Virus record (IMG/VR): IMGVR_UViG_3300028830_000010
Length of the DNA stretch: 40,614 nt
Direction: 5' to 3' (one strand)
Origin: a virus
In this document: positions 33,090 to 40,614 of the stretch, in pieces
Layout: each line of letters begins with the position of its first letter
How positions within the stretch are numbered: the stretch's first letter is position 1
Program-made: the position numbers and the translations under genes
The notes under the pieces: model-generated
Database searches by the model: none
What the model saw: the letters and a program-made list of their open reading frames with translations, nothing else
Told to the model about the DNA's origin: nothing

Positions 33090-33806
33090 TTACAGGATTT
33101 GCCCTTGTGCAAACGGGTTCATCACAACACCAGAGCCATATCCGGTATAAGTACCGGTAAGGGTAATGGTGCCGGTTGCGGTGCTGTTTTTGTCTCCCGT
33201 AGTGCCAATCGCGCTACCCGTATAGATAGTGCGACCATCAGGATCAAGGGCAGCGACTACCGTAGAAACCGGGATACCTGTGCCAGACAAGGCGGCTCCA
33301 AGGAAGAAGCCATCATAACCAGCAGGGCAAACAACAGATGCAGTACCGATAGTGGTAAAAGCAGTAGCAGTTACGGTGGCGGTTGCAGCGTGAGTATTCC
33401 GCACACCACACAGTTGTTTTCCGCTAGCCAGAGTTCCGACAATACCAGCAGCGGCCACAGCCACAGCCGTATCAGCAGCCACGGTAGCATTCGTTTTATA
33501 GACGACGCGACCAGACGTTTGAATCCAGCCATAAGTGCCAGAAGCCATCGGAGCCATCGCAACACCGAACGGGAAACCTTGTCCGGCAGTCGACGGCAAT
33601 AGAGCGCCGTTGAAAGAACCGTTCCACATAACGAGACTGCCTTTGACAATCGCATCAGCAGACTTGATGTACATGAACTCACCAAGCCCCCAATACGGAT
33701 CAACGGCAGTCACTTTCAGGCCAAGTACGTGGCGCTGAGTCGTATCCGGCGCAAACCAATCGTTAAACGGTTGGGTGCCGGCAGCAGTTCCAATTGCAGC
33801 AAACAT
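33090..33806 (-). CDS. Capsid-associated protein (238 aa), possible decoration protein
   Basis: Immediately follows the major capsid gene and is followed by the strong terminator. Gly/Thr/Ala-rich beta-type sequence. Confidence 0.4.
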   Translation of the reverse strand: MFAAIGTAAGTQPFNDWFAPDTTQRHVLGLKVTAVDPYWGLGEFMYIKSADAIVKGSLVMWNGSFNGALLPSTAGQGFPFGVAMAPMASGTYGWIQTSGRVVYKTNATVAADTAVAVAAAGIVGTLASGKQLCGVRNTHAATATVTATAFTTIGTASVVCPAGYDGFFLGAALSGTGIPVSTVVAALDPDGRTIYTGSAIGTTGDKNSTATGTITLTGTYTGYGSGVVMNPFAQGQIL

Positions 33807-33827
33807 AATTATCTCCTTTCTGTCCGA

Positions 33828-34591
33828 TTACTCGACGATTACACCCTGCATTTTCCTGTTTGACAACGTCAAATTCCCCATCCATAGTATGGGGATCACC
33901 GAGCCATCTTGGTTGATCGGGCGCTGATCTTCCAGCACTTCCATATCGGCGTCGCGGTGAACCACAAGCTCGATATAGTTAGTGTTGAGGAAGTAAGCGT
34001 GTGAAGACGGAATTCCACTATTGCCGTCGAAATAGACATCAGCGTTCTTGTACTTCAGCGAGACAAGCCCGCCGTTGGCGTTGCTGGCATCCATATAACG
34101 CTTGATGGAAGTCTGCGAAGCCTCGAAGTAACGGTAGTACGTGTTGTCCATCACGATCAGGTCGGGCTGGTCATCCGGGCCACGATCAAGGTTCAGCCAC
34201 AACGGAAGCATCATGCTGTTCTCGATGGTCGTCGCGCTCGAAGTTACCGAGTTGGCCGAACAGTCAAAGATCGTGTTTTTCCAGAACGAGAACGAGGACG
34301 AGTTGATGCCACCCACGGTGCCGGTGCCAGCGTCGGCCACAAGGGCTTGCAGACCGTTGATCTGGTTGGTCGCGGTGCCGTCGCTGTACAGATCGGACGA
34401 GAACGAGTTGTTGAAGGTACGGATCGCGTTCTTCATCTTGGCCTTCGCCAGAGAGAAGATACGGGATTCGCCGCTGTTGATGCGCTGCTCACGACCGGAA
34501 GCAACCACGTTGACCGCAATCTGCCGCCATTGGTACTCTGCGGCGCTGATAACGTCGGATTGCTGGATATTCAGCAAGTCCCAGTCACTAT
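33828..34591 (-). CDS. Major capsid protein, exon 2
   Basis: In frame with exon 1 after removing 34592-35496. The junction reads ...DYTTNSTYQR-Y-SDWDLLNIQQSDVISAAEYQWRQ, giving a 320-aa spliced protein. Confidence 0.75.
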
Positions 34592-35496
34592 CGAAAATGT
34601 TATCGTGCGGCTCTTTATCCGCACTTCTATGGGTCACCCCATAGTCCAGACTATATCTTCCCTTGCGGGCCGGGGGCTCGTGTCGCTTTACCGCCATGCC
34701 GCTTTCGCGGGTTAGGCTCCATGCGTTAGTCGTTACACCTTCCGCTGCTTTCGCAAGCGGCTTGGCTCGGTATTGACTTAATGTTTGGGACAGTGTATCG
34801 TTGATAACATTAAGTGTTCCACCGAATTCACCCGGTTTTTCAATGGAGGCAACATGAGGAAGCGCAAAGACAGCGGCGTTGGTGCTAGGCCGTACCGCAA
34901 GAATGGTGCAATGTTCAACTGCATCATTTGCGGTGCTGAATTCTACCGGAAGGCTAGTTTTATAGCTCGCGGCATAACCAAGACTTGCGGTAAATCCGAG
35001 TGCAAGAGCAAGGCTTTTAGCGGCGAAAACAATCCGGCTTGGGGACGAATCCCTACGCAAGAGAACAGAGACGCTGTTACCAATAGCAACTTGGCTAGAC
35101 CGAAACGACCCGGCCCGCCCGCTGGATGGAAGCCCAGTCTTGAGCATAGGGCGGCTATTTCTGCCGCACTCAAAACCCGCTGGCTTCTTCACCGTGACAA
35201 GATGATCGCCGCACTCACGAAGCCGAAGCTTAGTGATAGCCCAAGACATAGGCGAGAATTCACTCCCTGGCAAAAGGCGAACTGGAAAGCAGCCTGTTGC
35301 GCTTGGTGTGAAACTACCGATGGTCTTGAGTTGGATCACATCATTCCTATCGTTGCTGGTGGCATTAACATCAAAGAAAACTCTCAAACCCTATGTCGTA
35401 AGTGCAATCTATGGAAAATGGCTTACGTTGATCGCCCTTACTACATTTCTATGTTGGCATCCAAAGCGGCTAGTTAGGCGCAAAACGCCAAGGTCA
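34592..35496 (-). ncRNA. Group I self-splicing intron (T4 td / IA2-like core), 905 nt
   Basis: The minus strand contains UAACGACUAA (P7 5') and GGGAAGAUAUAGUCUG (J8/7-P7 3'). GACUA pairs with UAGUC. Followed by hairpin CUAUGGG-GUGA-CCCAUAG, plus GNRA hairpins CCGC-GAAA-GCGG and CCC-GCAA-GGG. The 5' exon ends in U and the intron ends in G. Confidence 0.8.
34854..35477 (+). CDS. HNH homing endonuclease with NUMOD-like repeats, encoded antisense inside the capsid-gene intron
   Basis: CAWCETTDGLELDHIIPIVAGGINIKENSQTLCRKCNLWK HNH motif. ATG 34854 follows GGAGG. A candidate promoter TTGACT-17 nt-TATCGT lies at 34773-34801. Confidence 0.8.
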   Translation: MRKRKDSGVGARPYRKNGAMFNCIICGAEFYRKASFIARGITKTCGKSECKSKAFSGENNPAWGRIPTQENRDAVTNSNLARPKRPGPPAGWKPSLEHRAAISAALKTRWLLHRDKMIAALTKPKLSDSPRHRREFTPWQKANWKAACCAWCETTDGLELDHIIPIVAGGINIKENSQTLCRKCNLWKMAYVDRPYYISMLASKAAS

Positions 35497-35695
35497 ACCG
35501 TTGGTAAGTGCTGTTGGTCGTGTAATCAAGCGGGCAAACGATAGTCAGTCCGCCATCTTCGGTGCGGTAGTTCCCGCGCTTGTAGATGTGCTTGAGCAGG
35601 GCGTTGCGGTTGGAAAGGTTGTCTTTGACATCCTTCCGAACCTTACGGAAGGTCGAAGTGACCAGTTCCGTAAAAGTGCTGTTAGGCGAGGCCAT
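35497..35695 (-). CDS. Major capsid protein, exon 1
   Basis: MASPNSTFTELVTSTFRKVRKDVKDNLSNRNALLKHIYKRG... is a typical capsid N-terminus. The unspliced ORF stops 7 codons into the intron. Confidence 0.75.
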
Positions 35696-35713
35696 AATTG
35701 GCTCCTTTCAGAG

Positions 35714-36769
35714 TTAATGAGTACGTGCTTTGATTTCGCGCATTGCTTCTTTCATTGCGCTATCCAAGTCCCTCATCGTTCCTTTCGGCTGCTCTGTAGG
35801 AGTCCTACGGGTGTCACGATTGCGGATATTCGTTGATGCTGCCTTCTTTGCCGCTTCTGCCTGCTCTCTCGCCTTTTTGTCGGCTTCCGCTTTGGCTTCT
35901 GTCTGAATCCTTGCGGTTTCCTTGGCGCGAGTGCCGGGATTTGCCCATACCGCCCGATCATAAGCATCCTGCAACGGCAAACCAGCCTTAAGCATCACAA
36001 TGATGTCGTCGGCCACTTCGTCAAAGTAGGGATGCGCCGGATCGGACGCAAAGGTATTCACTTCCTGACTGATGCGGGTACGCTCGGCGTTGAGTTGTTG
36101 TTCACTGCCGGAGTGGATAACCTGCTTCAGTTGATGCAATTCATCTTGTAGTTGTGCCAAGCGCGGATCGACGGATTGCTGTCCACCCTGCGTCTGTTGG
36201 CGCAGGCTTTGGTCGATACCGTACTGTTTTGCGATGTAATCTAGGTACTGCGCCTTCTGTGAAGGTGGTGATACGGAAAGCTTGTAATGCGCGTTCAGGA
36301 GGGTTTGAACCGCTCTCGGCGCATCAATGCCCTGCGCTTGGATAAGCGCCATATAAGGCGTAACGGCATCCCGCATTGCCTTCCCATATACAGCATCACC
36401 TTTGTACTGTTCGAGTCCGTCAAGCATTTGCTTCTCGCGGACTTCCCAATAGTCCTGCACTTCCTTGGGAGTTTTGCTCCAATGTTCGTGCATTTCCTTG
36501 GGCCATGTCTTTGGGGCTGGCTTTCCTTCAATCGCGGCCTTGGCCGCATCGTCTGTGGAAGCGCCATCTTTTTCCGGTTCAGTTGCCTGCTTAGTATCAG
36601 CAGGTTCCGTGATTGCATTAGTACCCGCATCTTCTGCATCGTCGGACGCCTCTCTTTCGGAAGCAGGAAACAGGTCTCCGGCCAAGTCGTTTGACGCTTG
36701 ATCTATATCAAATCCGCCTTGATCGCCGGTATCTTGGCCGCTGTCGGCAACCGCTGCTTCGTCTGACAT
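35714..36769 (-). CDS. Scaffolding protein
   Basis: Lies between portal and capsid genes. Acidic N-terminus, helical Q/A/E-rich core and basic C-terminus. Confidence 0.6.
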   Translation of the reverse strand: MSDEAAVADSGQDTGDQGGFDIDQASNDLAGDLFPASEREASDDAEDAGTNAITEPADTKQATEPEKDGASTDDAAKAAIEGKPAPKTWPKEMHEHWSKTPKEVQDYWEVREKQMLDGLEQYKGDAVYGKAMRDAVTPYMALIQAQGIDAPRAVQTLLNAHYKLSVSPPSQKAQYLDYIAKQYGIDQSLRQQTQGGQQSVDPRLAQLQDELHQLKQVIHSGSEQQLNAERTRISQEVNTFASDPAHPYFDEVADDIIVMLKAGLPLQDAYDRAVWANPGTRAKETARIQTEAKAEADKKAREQAEAAKKAASTNIRNRDTRRTPTEQPKGTMRDLDSAMKEAMREIKARTH

Positions 36770-36803
36770 GCTTCCTCCTAAAGTTAGTTATTGCTTACTT
36801 AGA

Positions 36804-37217
36804 CTAAGCCCTTGTTACAGCAATGTCAAGATGCTCCACTTCTGCGGCCAATTTCTCTCTTTTTTGCGCTGGCATCTCGTAAATCGTCTTTTCAACGTGT
36901 TCGTCCACTTTCTTCTCAAGCTCTGCATCTTCTCTGGCGATACGCTTGGTTTGCTCATCCTTCAGACTAGGTTCGTAATCAACGCAATTTGACGCCTTCA
37001 TGTCCTCGCGGCGCTGAGTCTTGGACGTTATCCAGCGCCCTGTCGTTGGCGACTGGTAGGAGGGGAAGTTTGTGGCATCAATACTGAACATGACGGGCGA
37101 TATGAGCCGTTTTGCTGCGCTGCCGCATTCGCAGAATTGAGGCAGATCAAGTTCAACCAGCTTTAGATAGCGGTCAAACTTGTGGCCTTTTTCGCACAAG
37201 TGTTCGTAAACTGGCAC
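36804..37217 (-). CDS. FmdB-like zinc-ribbon protein
   Basis: The N-terminus MPVYEHLCEKGHKF...FCECGS resembles the FmdB family. GTG start follows AAGAGG. Confidence 0.5.
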   Translation of the reverse strand: MPVYEHLCEKGHKFDRYLKLVELDLPQFCECGSAAKRLISPVMFSIDATNFPSYQSPTTGRWITSKTQRREDMKASNCVDYEPSLKDEQTKRIAREDAELEKKVDEHVEKTIYEMPAQKREKLAAEVEHLDIAVTRA

Positions 37218-37263
37218 GGCTTACCTCTTTGGCGGTTTCGGTTTTTTGCCTTTGCATCCCATA

Positions 37264-39483
37264 TCAAACTCCTTCCTGTTGTGTTCTTGCGGAGGCCTGA
37301 ATACGTGCTATTTCAACTTGCGCTGCAACTTGAATCTCTGTTTTCTTTATCTCTGTATCTCGCTGAATGTTCGCTTTCATCTGCTCGATGCGCTGCTCCA
37401 TCATAAGCTTTTCTTTTTCCGCAGCAAGGTCGGCAATCAACTGTTGCTTCTCTGCCTCTTTCTCTGCTTGCAACTTAGCCATTTCAAGTTGCATTTCAGC
37501 TTTGAACTCCATAACCTTCTGCTGCATTTCAGCCTGTAGCGCCTGCTGATCCATCTGCGCTTTTTGCTGCACTTCGGCCATCTGCATCTTGGCGTCCTGA
37601 TGCGCCTGAGCCATCTCTGCCTTCAGCTTGTCCGCTTCAGGATTACCCTTACCTTGCGGAGCCTGCATGTTCTTGAACTGTTCCTCGACTTCCGTACCGA
37701 ATCGGAAGCGCCGGATGACGGCAAGCATCAACTCCTTCGCGCCCTCGAACGGCATGGTGCCGGACTCGACCATCGGATTCAGACCGGCAAGCAACTGGCC
37801 CATCGCGTTCATGAAGTCGCCTATCTGTTTCTGATCCTCTGTGGCTTCCACGTCGACCGTGCTGTTCGTCTCGATGTCGATGCGATAGGCGCGTTGAATG
37901 TCGTCACGCAGCAACGCGAGAACGTCATCCCATACTGGCGCTGCTAATGCTTGTTGAATCTGCGGATCGGGCGGCTGTGGCGGCGGCGGTTGCATACCTT
38001 GCTGCTGTGCCATCATGGCTTGCTGCTGCGCTTGTATTTGCTGCGCTTGGACGATCTGCTGTGCTTGAGCCTTCTGTTGTGCGGTTACGAACGGCAGTCC
38101 AGTAGCCTTGGCCCATGTCTCAACGCTAAACTTGCTGGCGGCGATCTCCAGCATGATGCGGAGCATGTCGCGTGAGTAGCGTTGCACTTCTTTCTGCAAC
38201 CGCTTGAGTCGCATGGTTCCCCACGATTCCTTGATCTTCTGCGCTCCAAGCGTCTCACTCGCAACCGATTGGCCGCGAATGATGTCGGATACACCTGTGA
38301 TCTCGTAGATAACGCGCTTGCATTGCTCACGCGCTGCAACCAGCTTCTCGGCAACCTGCATCAACTCCTGCAACGGCATGAACCAGATCGCCTTGTCCAA
38401 GCCACCTTCTCCGATCAGCGACGATGCCTTGTCTGTCGGTATGAGCGCGTTGTCGTCTTCCTTGAGGATGGATTCGATCTCATTGCCGAGGGAGCCGTCA
38501 TACGCTCCGCGCACCTTCAACGCGCTTACGACTTTCTGCAAGCGTCGCGTCAAGTTATTCAGTTCCTTGGCCTGATTCTCGTACAGCTTGTACATCGCCG
38601 TAGGAAGCAGGTCGTTTGACTTCTCGATGAATTGCAGCGGTCTTGGGCAGTTGTAGAACCCTGTGATGCCTAGTGGATCGTCCTCGACCTTGAGATAACC
38701 GTCGTGGTATGCCGGTGAGATATAACGCACCACCTTTCCGCCGGACTTGTCCCAAATCTGGTAGACGAGTGCTGTTTTGCGTCCTCCCTGCTCGTTGTCG
38801 GCGTCGTCTCTACCGCCAGTTCCGGTTCCTTTTTCTTCCGGGTCATCGTCATCCTCTCCAAGCGTGTAGGTGATCTTCCCGGCAATTTCAGCGCCAAAAA
38901 GGCGTTCTGCTTCTTCCTTGTCGATAAATTCCTCGTAGGCAATCCACGGCACTTTCGACCACTTCTTCGCGTATCCGAAATACACCCTGTCCCATCCGCG
39001 AGTTTCGGTGCAGACCTGCTCCCAGTTGACTACAGGGACAGAACCTTCTTCTCCGGTATCCAGAATGTCCGCGTCGTATTTAATAGACGTGATACCGCGT
39101 CCGGGCAGAAGCCCGTCAAGTGTTGCGTATCTGACTGATTGCTCAAAAGTCTCGTATCCTTCTACGTTAGTGTCGCACAGATATTCCAGCATCCGCTGTC
39201 CAGCCTTGGACGATGCTGCGCCTACGGGATCATCGTCCTTGAAACGGCGTTGTACTACGGGGCGCGGGACTTGTGAGAACAGGGCGGGAAGTAGGGTCTC
39301 TACATTTGAAAAACATATATTGAAGGGCGTCTCATCCTGACGTTTTCCAGAATAAATCTCTATAACTTCTTGTCCGTCTTTCCTGTAATCCTTTTCTCTC
39401 CGCTTTGCCGAAGCAATTTCACCAAGCCAATATCTAACTTCAGATGAAGGCTCTCCAGCTTTTCTTTCCTTAGGCTTGGCCAT
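37264..39483 (-). CDS. Portal protein with long C-terminal coiled-coil (barrel-like) extension
   Basis: 739 aa. The N-terminal FNICFSNVETLLPALFSQVPRPVVQRR block is typical of portals. The C-terminal ~150 aa are Q/E/K/A/M-rich. Confidence 0.85.
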   Translation of the reverse strand: MAKPKERKAGEPSSEVRYWLGEIASAKRREKDYRKDGQEVIEIYSGKRQDETPFNICFSNVETLLPALFSQVPRPVVQRRFKDDDPVGAASSKAGQRMLEYLCDTNVEGYETFEQSVRYATLDGLLPGRGITSIKYDADILDTGEEGSVPVVNWEQVCTETRGWDRVYFGYAKKWSKVPWIAYEEFIDKEEAERLFGAEIAGKITYTLGEDDDDPEEKGTGTGGRDDADNEQGGRKTALVYQIWDKSGGKVVRYISPAYHDGYLKVEDDPLGITGFYNCPRPLQFIEKSNDLLPTAMYKLYENQAKELNNLTRRLQKVVSALKVRGAYDGSLGNEIESILKEDDNALIPTDKASSLIGEGGLDKAIWFMPLQELMQVAEKLVAAREQCKRVIYEITGVSDIIRGQSVASETLGAQKIKESWGTMRLKRLQKEVQRYSRDMLRIMLEIAASKFSVETWAKATGLPFVTAQQKAQAQQIVQAQQIQAQQQAMMAQQQGMQPPPPQPPDPQIQQALAAPVWDDVLALLRDDIQRAYRIDIETNSTVDVEATEDQKQIGDFMNAMGQLLAGLNPMVESGTMPFEGAKELMLAVIRRFRFGTEVEEQFKNMQAPQGKGNPEADKLKAEMAQAHQDAKMQMAEVQQKAQMDQQALQAEMQQKVMEFKAEMQLEMAKLQAEKEAEKQQLIADLAAEKEKLMMEQRIEQMKANIQRDTEIKKTEIQVAAQVEIARIQASARTQQEGV

Positions 39484-40144
39484 TTGTCACTACCTTTCTT
39501 GACAGCCCATTCTTAATCCTCCAAGCCATCCCAATACTAACTCCGAATTCCTTTGCCATACTTTTGTATGTTTTTCCTACTGAATTGAAAATTTCAAGCA
39601 CTACATCAGCAGGAATTCTTGCGGTTGTTTTTTGTTTTATTGCCCACCTTGCCTTTAGTGAAGCGACTCTTTTCGCAACTGATTCGGCAGATTGTTTTTC
39701 AGGGTGAATCTCATGCCACCGTGCCTTGTATGTAGCAGCTGCTTTTTTACGAGATTCAGGCGTCATAAGATGAATCGGTTTCTTTCCCTTTTTAGCAGCA
39801 GACATATTTGAGCGCGCTTCGTCACTAGCCTTTACTCCGCGTCGGCTACTTCCTTCCAAGCAAACGTTGTATTTTTTATCGTGTTGTGCGATCCAGAATG
39901 TTTCTCTCTCATCAATCACATGCATATCGCAAAACTCAATGATGAAGAATCTAAACGCACTTTCACCGTCACGATTGTATGCGCGCTGAAGTCTCGGATT
40001 GCGATGATCTCCTCTACGGAAGGCTCTGAAATGCTGTTCGCAGCGAAGCCAAATGTGCTGTGCTTGACCAACATACACGCGGCCATCGTTGAGATTCACA
40101 ATGCCGTAAATTCCAGCCTTTCGTTCTTCTTTGCGCTTCGCCAT
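39470..40144 (-). CDS. GIY-YIG homing endonuclease
   Basis: GIYGIVN...GRVYVGQA...R..H...N..E motif set, NUMOD-like repeats and a C-terminal HTH. AT-rich. Overlaps the portal start by 14 nt. Confidence 0.85.
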   Translation of the reverse strand: MAKRKEERKAGIYGIVNLNDGRVYVGQAQHIWLRCEQHFRAFRRGDHRNPRLQRAYNRDGESAFRFFIIEFCDMHVIDERETFWIAQHDKKYNVCLEGSSRRGVKASDEARSNMSAAKKGKKPIHLMTPESRKKAAATYKARWHEIHPEKQSAESVAKRVASLKARWAIKQKTTARIPADVVLEIFNSVGKTYKSMAKEFGVSIGMAWRIKNGLSRKVVTNGQA

Positions 40145-40255
40145 TTACGTTATCCTTTTAACATCCAACCAATCCCGCACCAGCCAGAACAGGATCACGA
40201 GGGCGAGGATGGGGAGGAGTCCGATGGCGGCTAGGAGTGTGAGAAGCTGGGTCAT
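40145..40255 (-). CDS. Small membrane peptide (36 aa)
   Basis: MTQLLTLLAAIGLLPILALVILFWLV gives one transmembrane helix. Internal ATG of the track ORF. Confidence 0.3.
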   Translation of the reverse strand: MTQLLTLLAAIGLLPILALVILFWLVRDWLDVKRIT

Positions 40256-40268
40256 CGTGCAGAGGGGA

Positions 40269-40520
40269 TTAGGATGGGGATGGTAAGGAGGCAGCTGCCG
40301 TCTTGAGTGCCGCGTCGGCAGTGGTGTCATCCTTCACGCCGGCGGTTCTCAGCGCCTTGATTGCGGCAGCTTTTTCGACGTACTCAACCGCCGGTGGCGG
40401 GGGCGGCGGGATGTCTTTGCCGGTATAGACGCGGATCACGTTGCCATCGATCCAGACATGCTTCGGATCTGGCAGTGCCATCACTTCGTCGTACTGGTGA
40501 ATGGTGTAGGCGGTAATCAT
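40269..40520 (-). CDS. Hypothetical protein (83 aa)
   Basis: Its start lies in the terminal overlap and is ATGA-coupled to the stop of ORF 44-868 across the circular junction. Confidence 0.5.
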   Translation of the reverse strand: MITAYTIHQYDEVMALPDPKHVWIDGNVIRVYTGKDIPPPPPPAVEYVEKAAAIKALRTAGVKDDTTADAALKTAAASLPSPS

Positions 40521-40614
40521 GATGGCTCCACAATAAAGCTATAGTCAGCCAGGATGGCGTAGTCCGTCGCAACCGCCATCTGAAGACTGACCGCGCACGT
40601 TACGTCGGCAGCGG
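40474..40614. repeat. Terminal overlap, identical to 1-141
   Basis: Direct comparison of the two contig ends. Confidence 0.9.

Noticed and set aside
33828-35387. A 519-aa ORF in the track spans the capsid region
   Set aside because: Its N-terminal ~260 aa are low-complexity sequence. They are the antisense shadow of the HNH gene plus translated ribozyme core. The true gene is two exons joined by splicing.
1-40614. Search for lysogeny or retroelement features (integrase, CI repressor, attP, reverse transcriptase/DGR repeats, CRISPR arrays)
   Set aside because: None was found. No ORF shows tyrosine or serine recombinase or reverse transcriptase motifs, and there are no spacer-repeat arrays or template/variable repeat pairs.

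Overview
The window is one complete, circularly assembled dsDNA phage genome. Bases 1-141 are identical to 40474-40614, leaving about 40,473 unique bp. It looks podovirus-like, because there is no tape measure, tail tube or sheath gene. A late operon runs on the minus strand from the 3354-4112 control region, wraps through the contig ends, and ends near 21.7 kb. In order it encodes an HNH endonuclease, small and large terminase, small ORFs, a GIY-YIG endonuclease, portal, scaffold, major capsid, virion and tail proteins, tail fibre and a lysis cassette. An early/replication region runs on the plus strand from 4113 to 21620. It encodes a truncated DnaN-like clamp, Gp157-like and ERF recombination proteins, Lar, two DNA methyltransferases, a VRR-NUC nuclease, an SSB-like protein, a P4/D5-type helicase and a Zn-finger/Toprim primase. 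A minus-strand block (7309-12274) is embedded in this region. I found no tRNA, rRNA, CRISPR array, integrase, reverse transcriptase or DNA polymerase.

Main finding: between about 7.6 and 17.6 kb the accessory genes sit in two divergent arrays, separated by 12 copies of a 60-95 bp structured repeat built like an integron attC site. Each copy has a YAAC box at the upstream stop codon, an imperfect hairpin with conserved unpaired T and G, a covarying terminal stem, and a GTTNG box before the next start codon. In 11 of 13 intervals the two ends are perfect interval-specific 8-13 bp inverted complements, which is the cassette signature. No recombinase gene is visible. The whole region is bracketed by a 52-bp inverted repeat.

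Second finding: the major capsid gene is split by a 905-nt group I intron resembling the T4 td intron. The intron carries an HNH homing endonuclease on the opposite strand.
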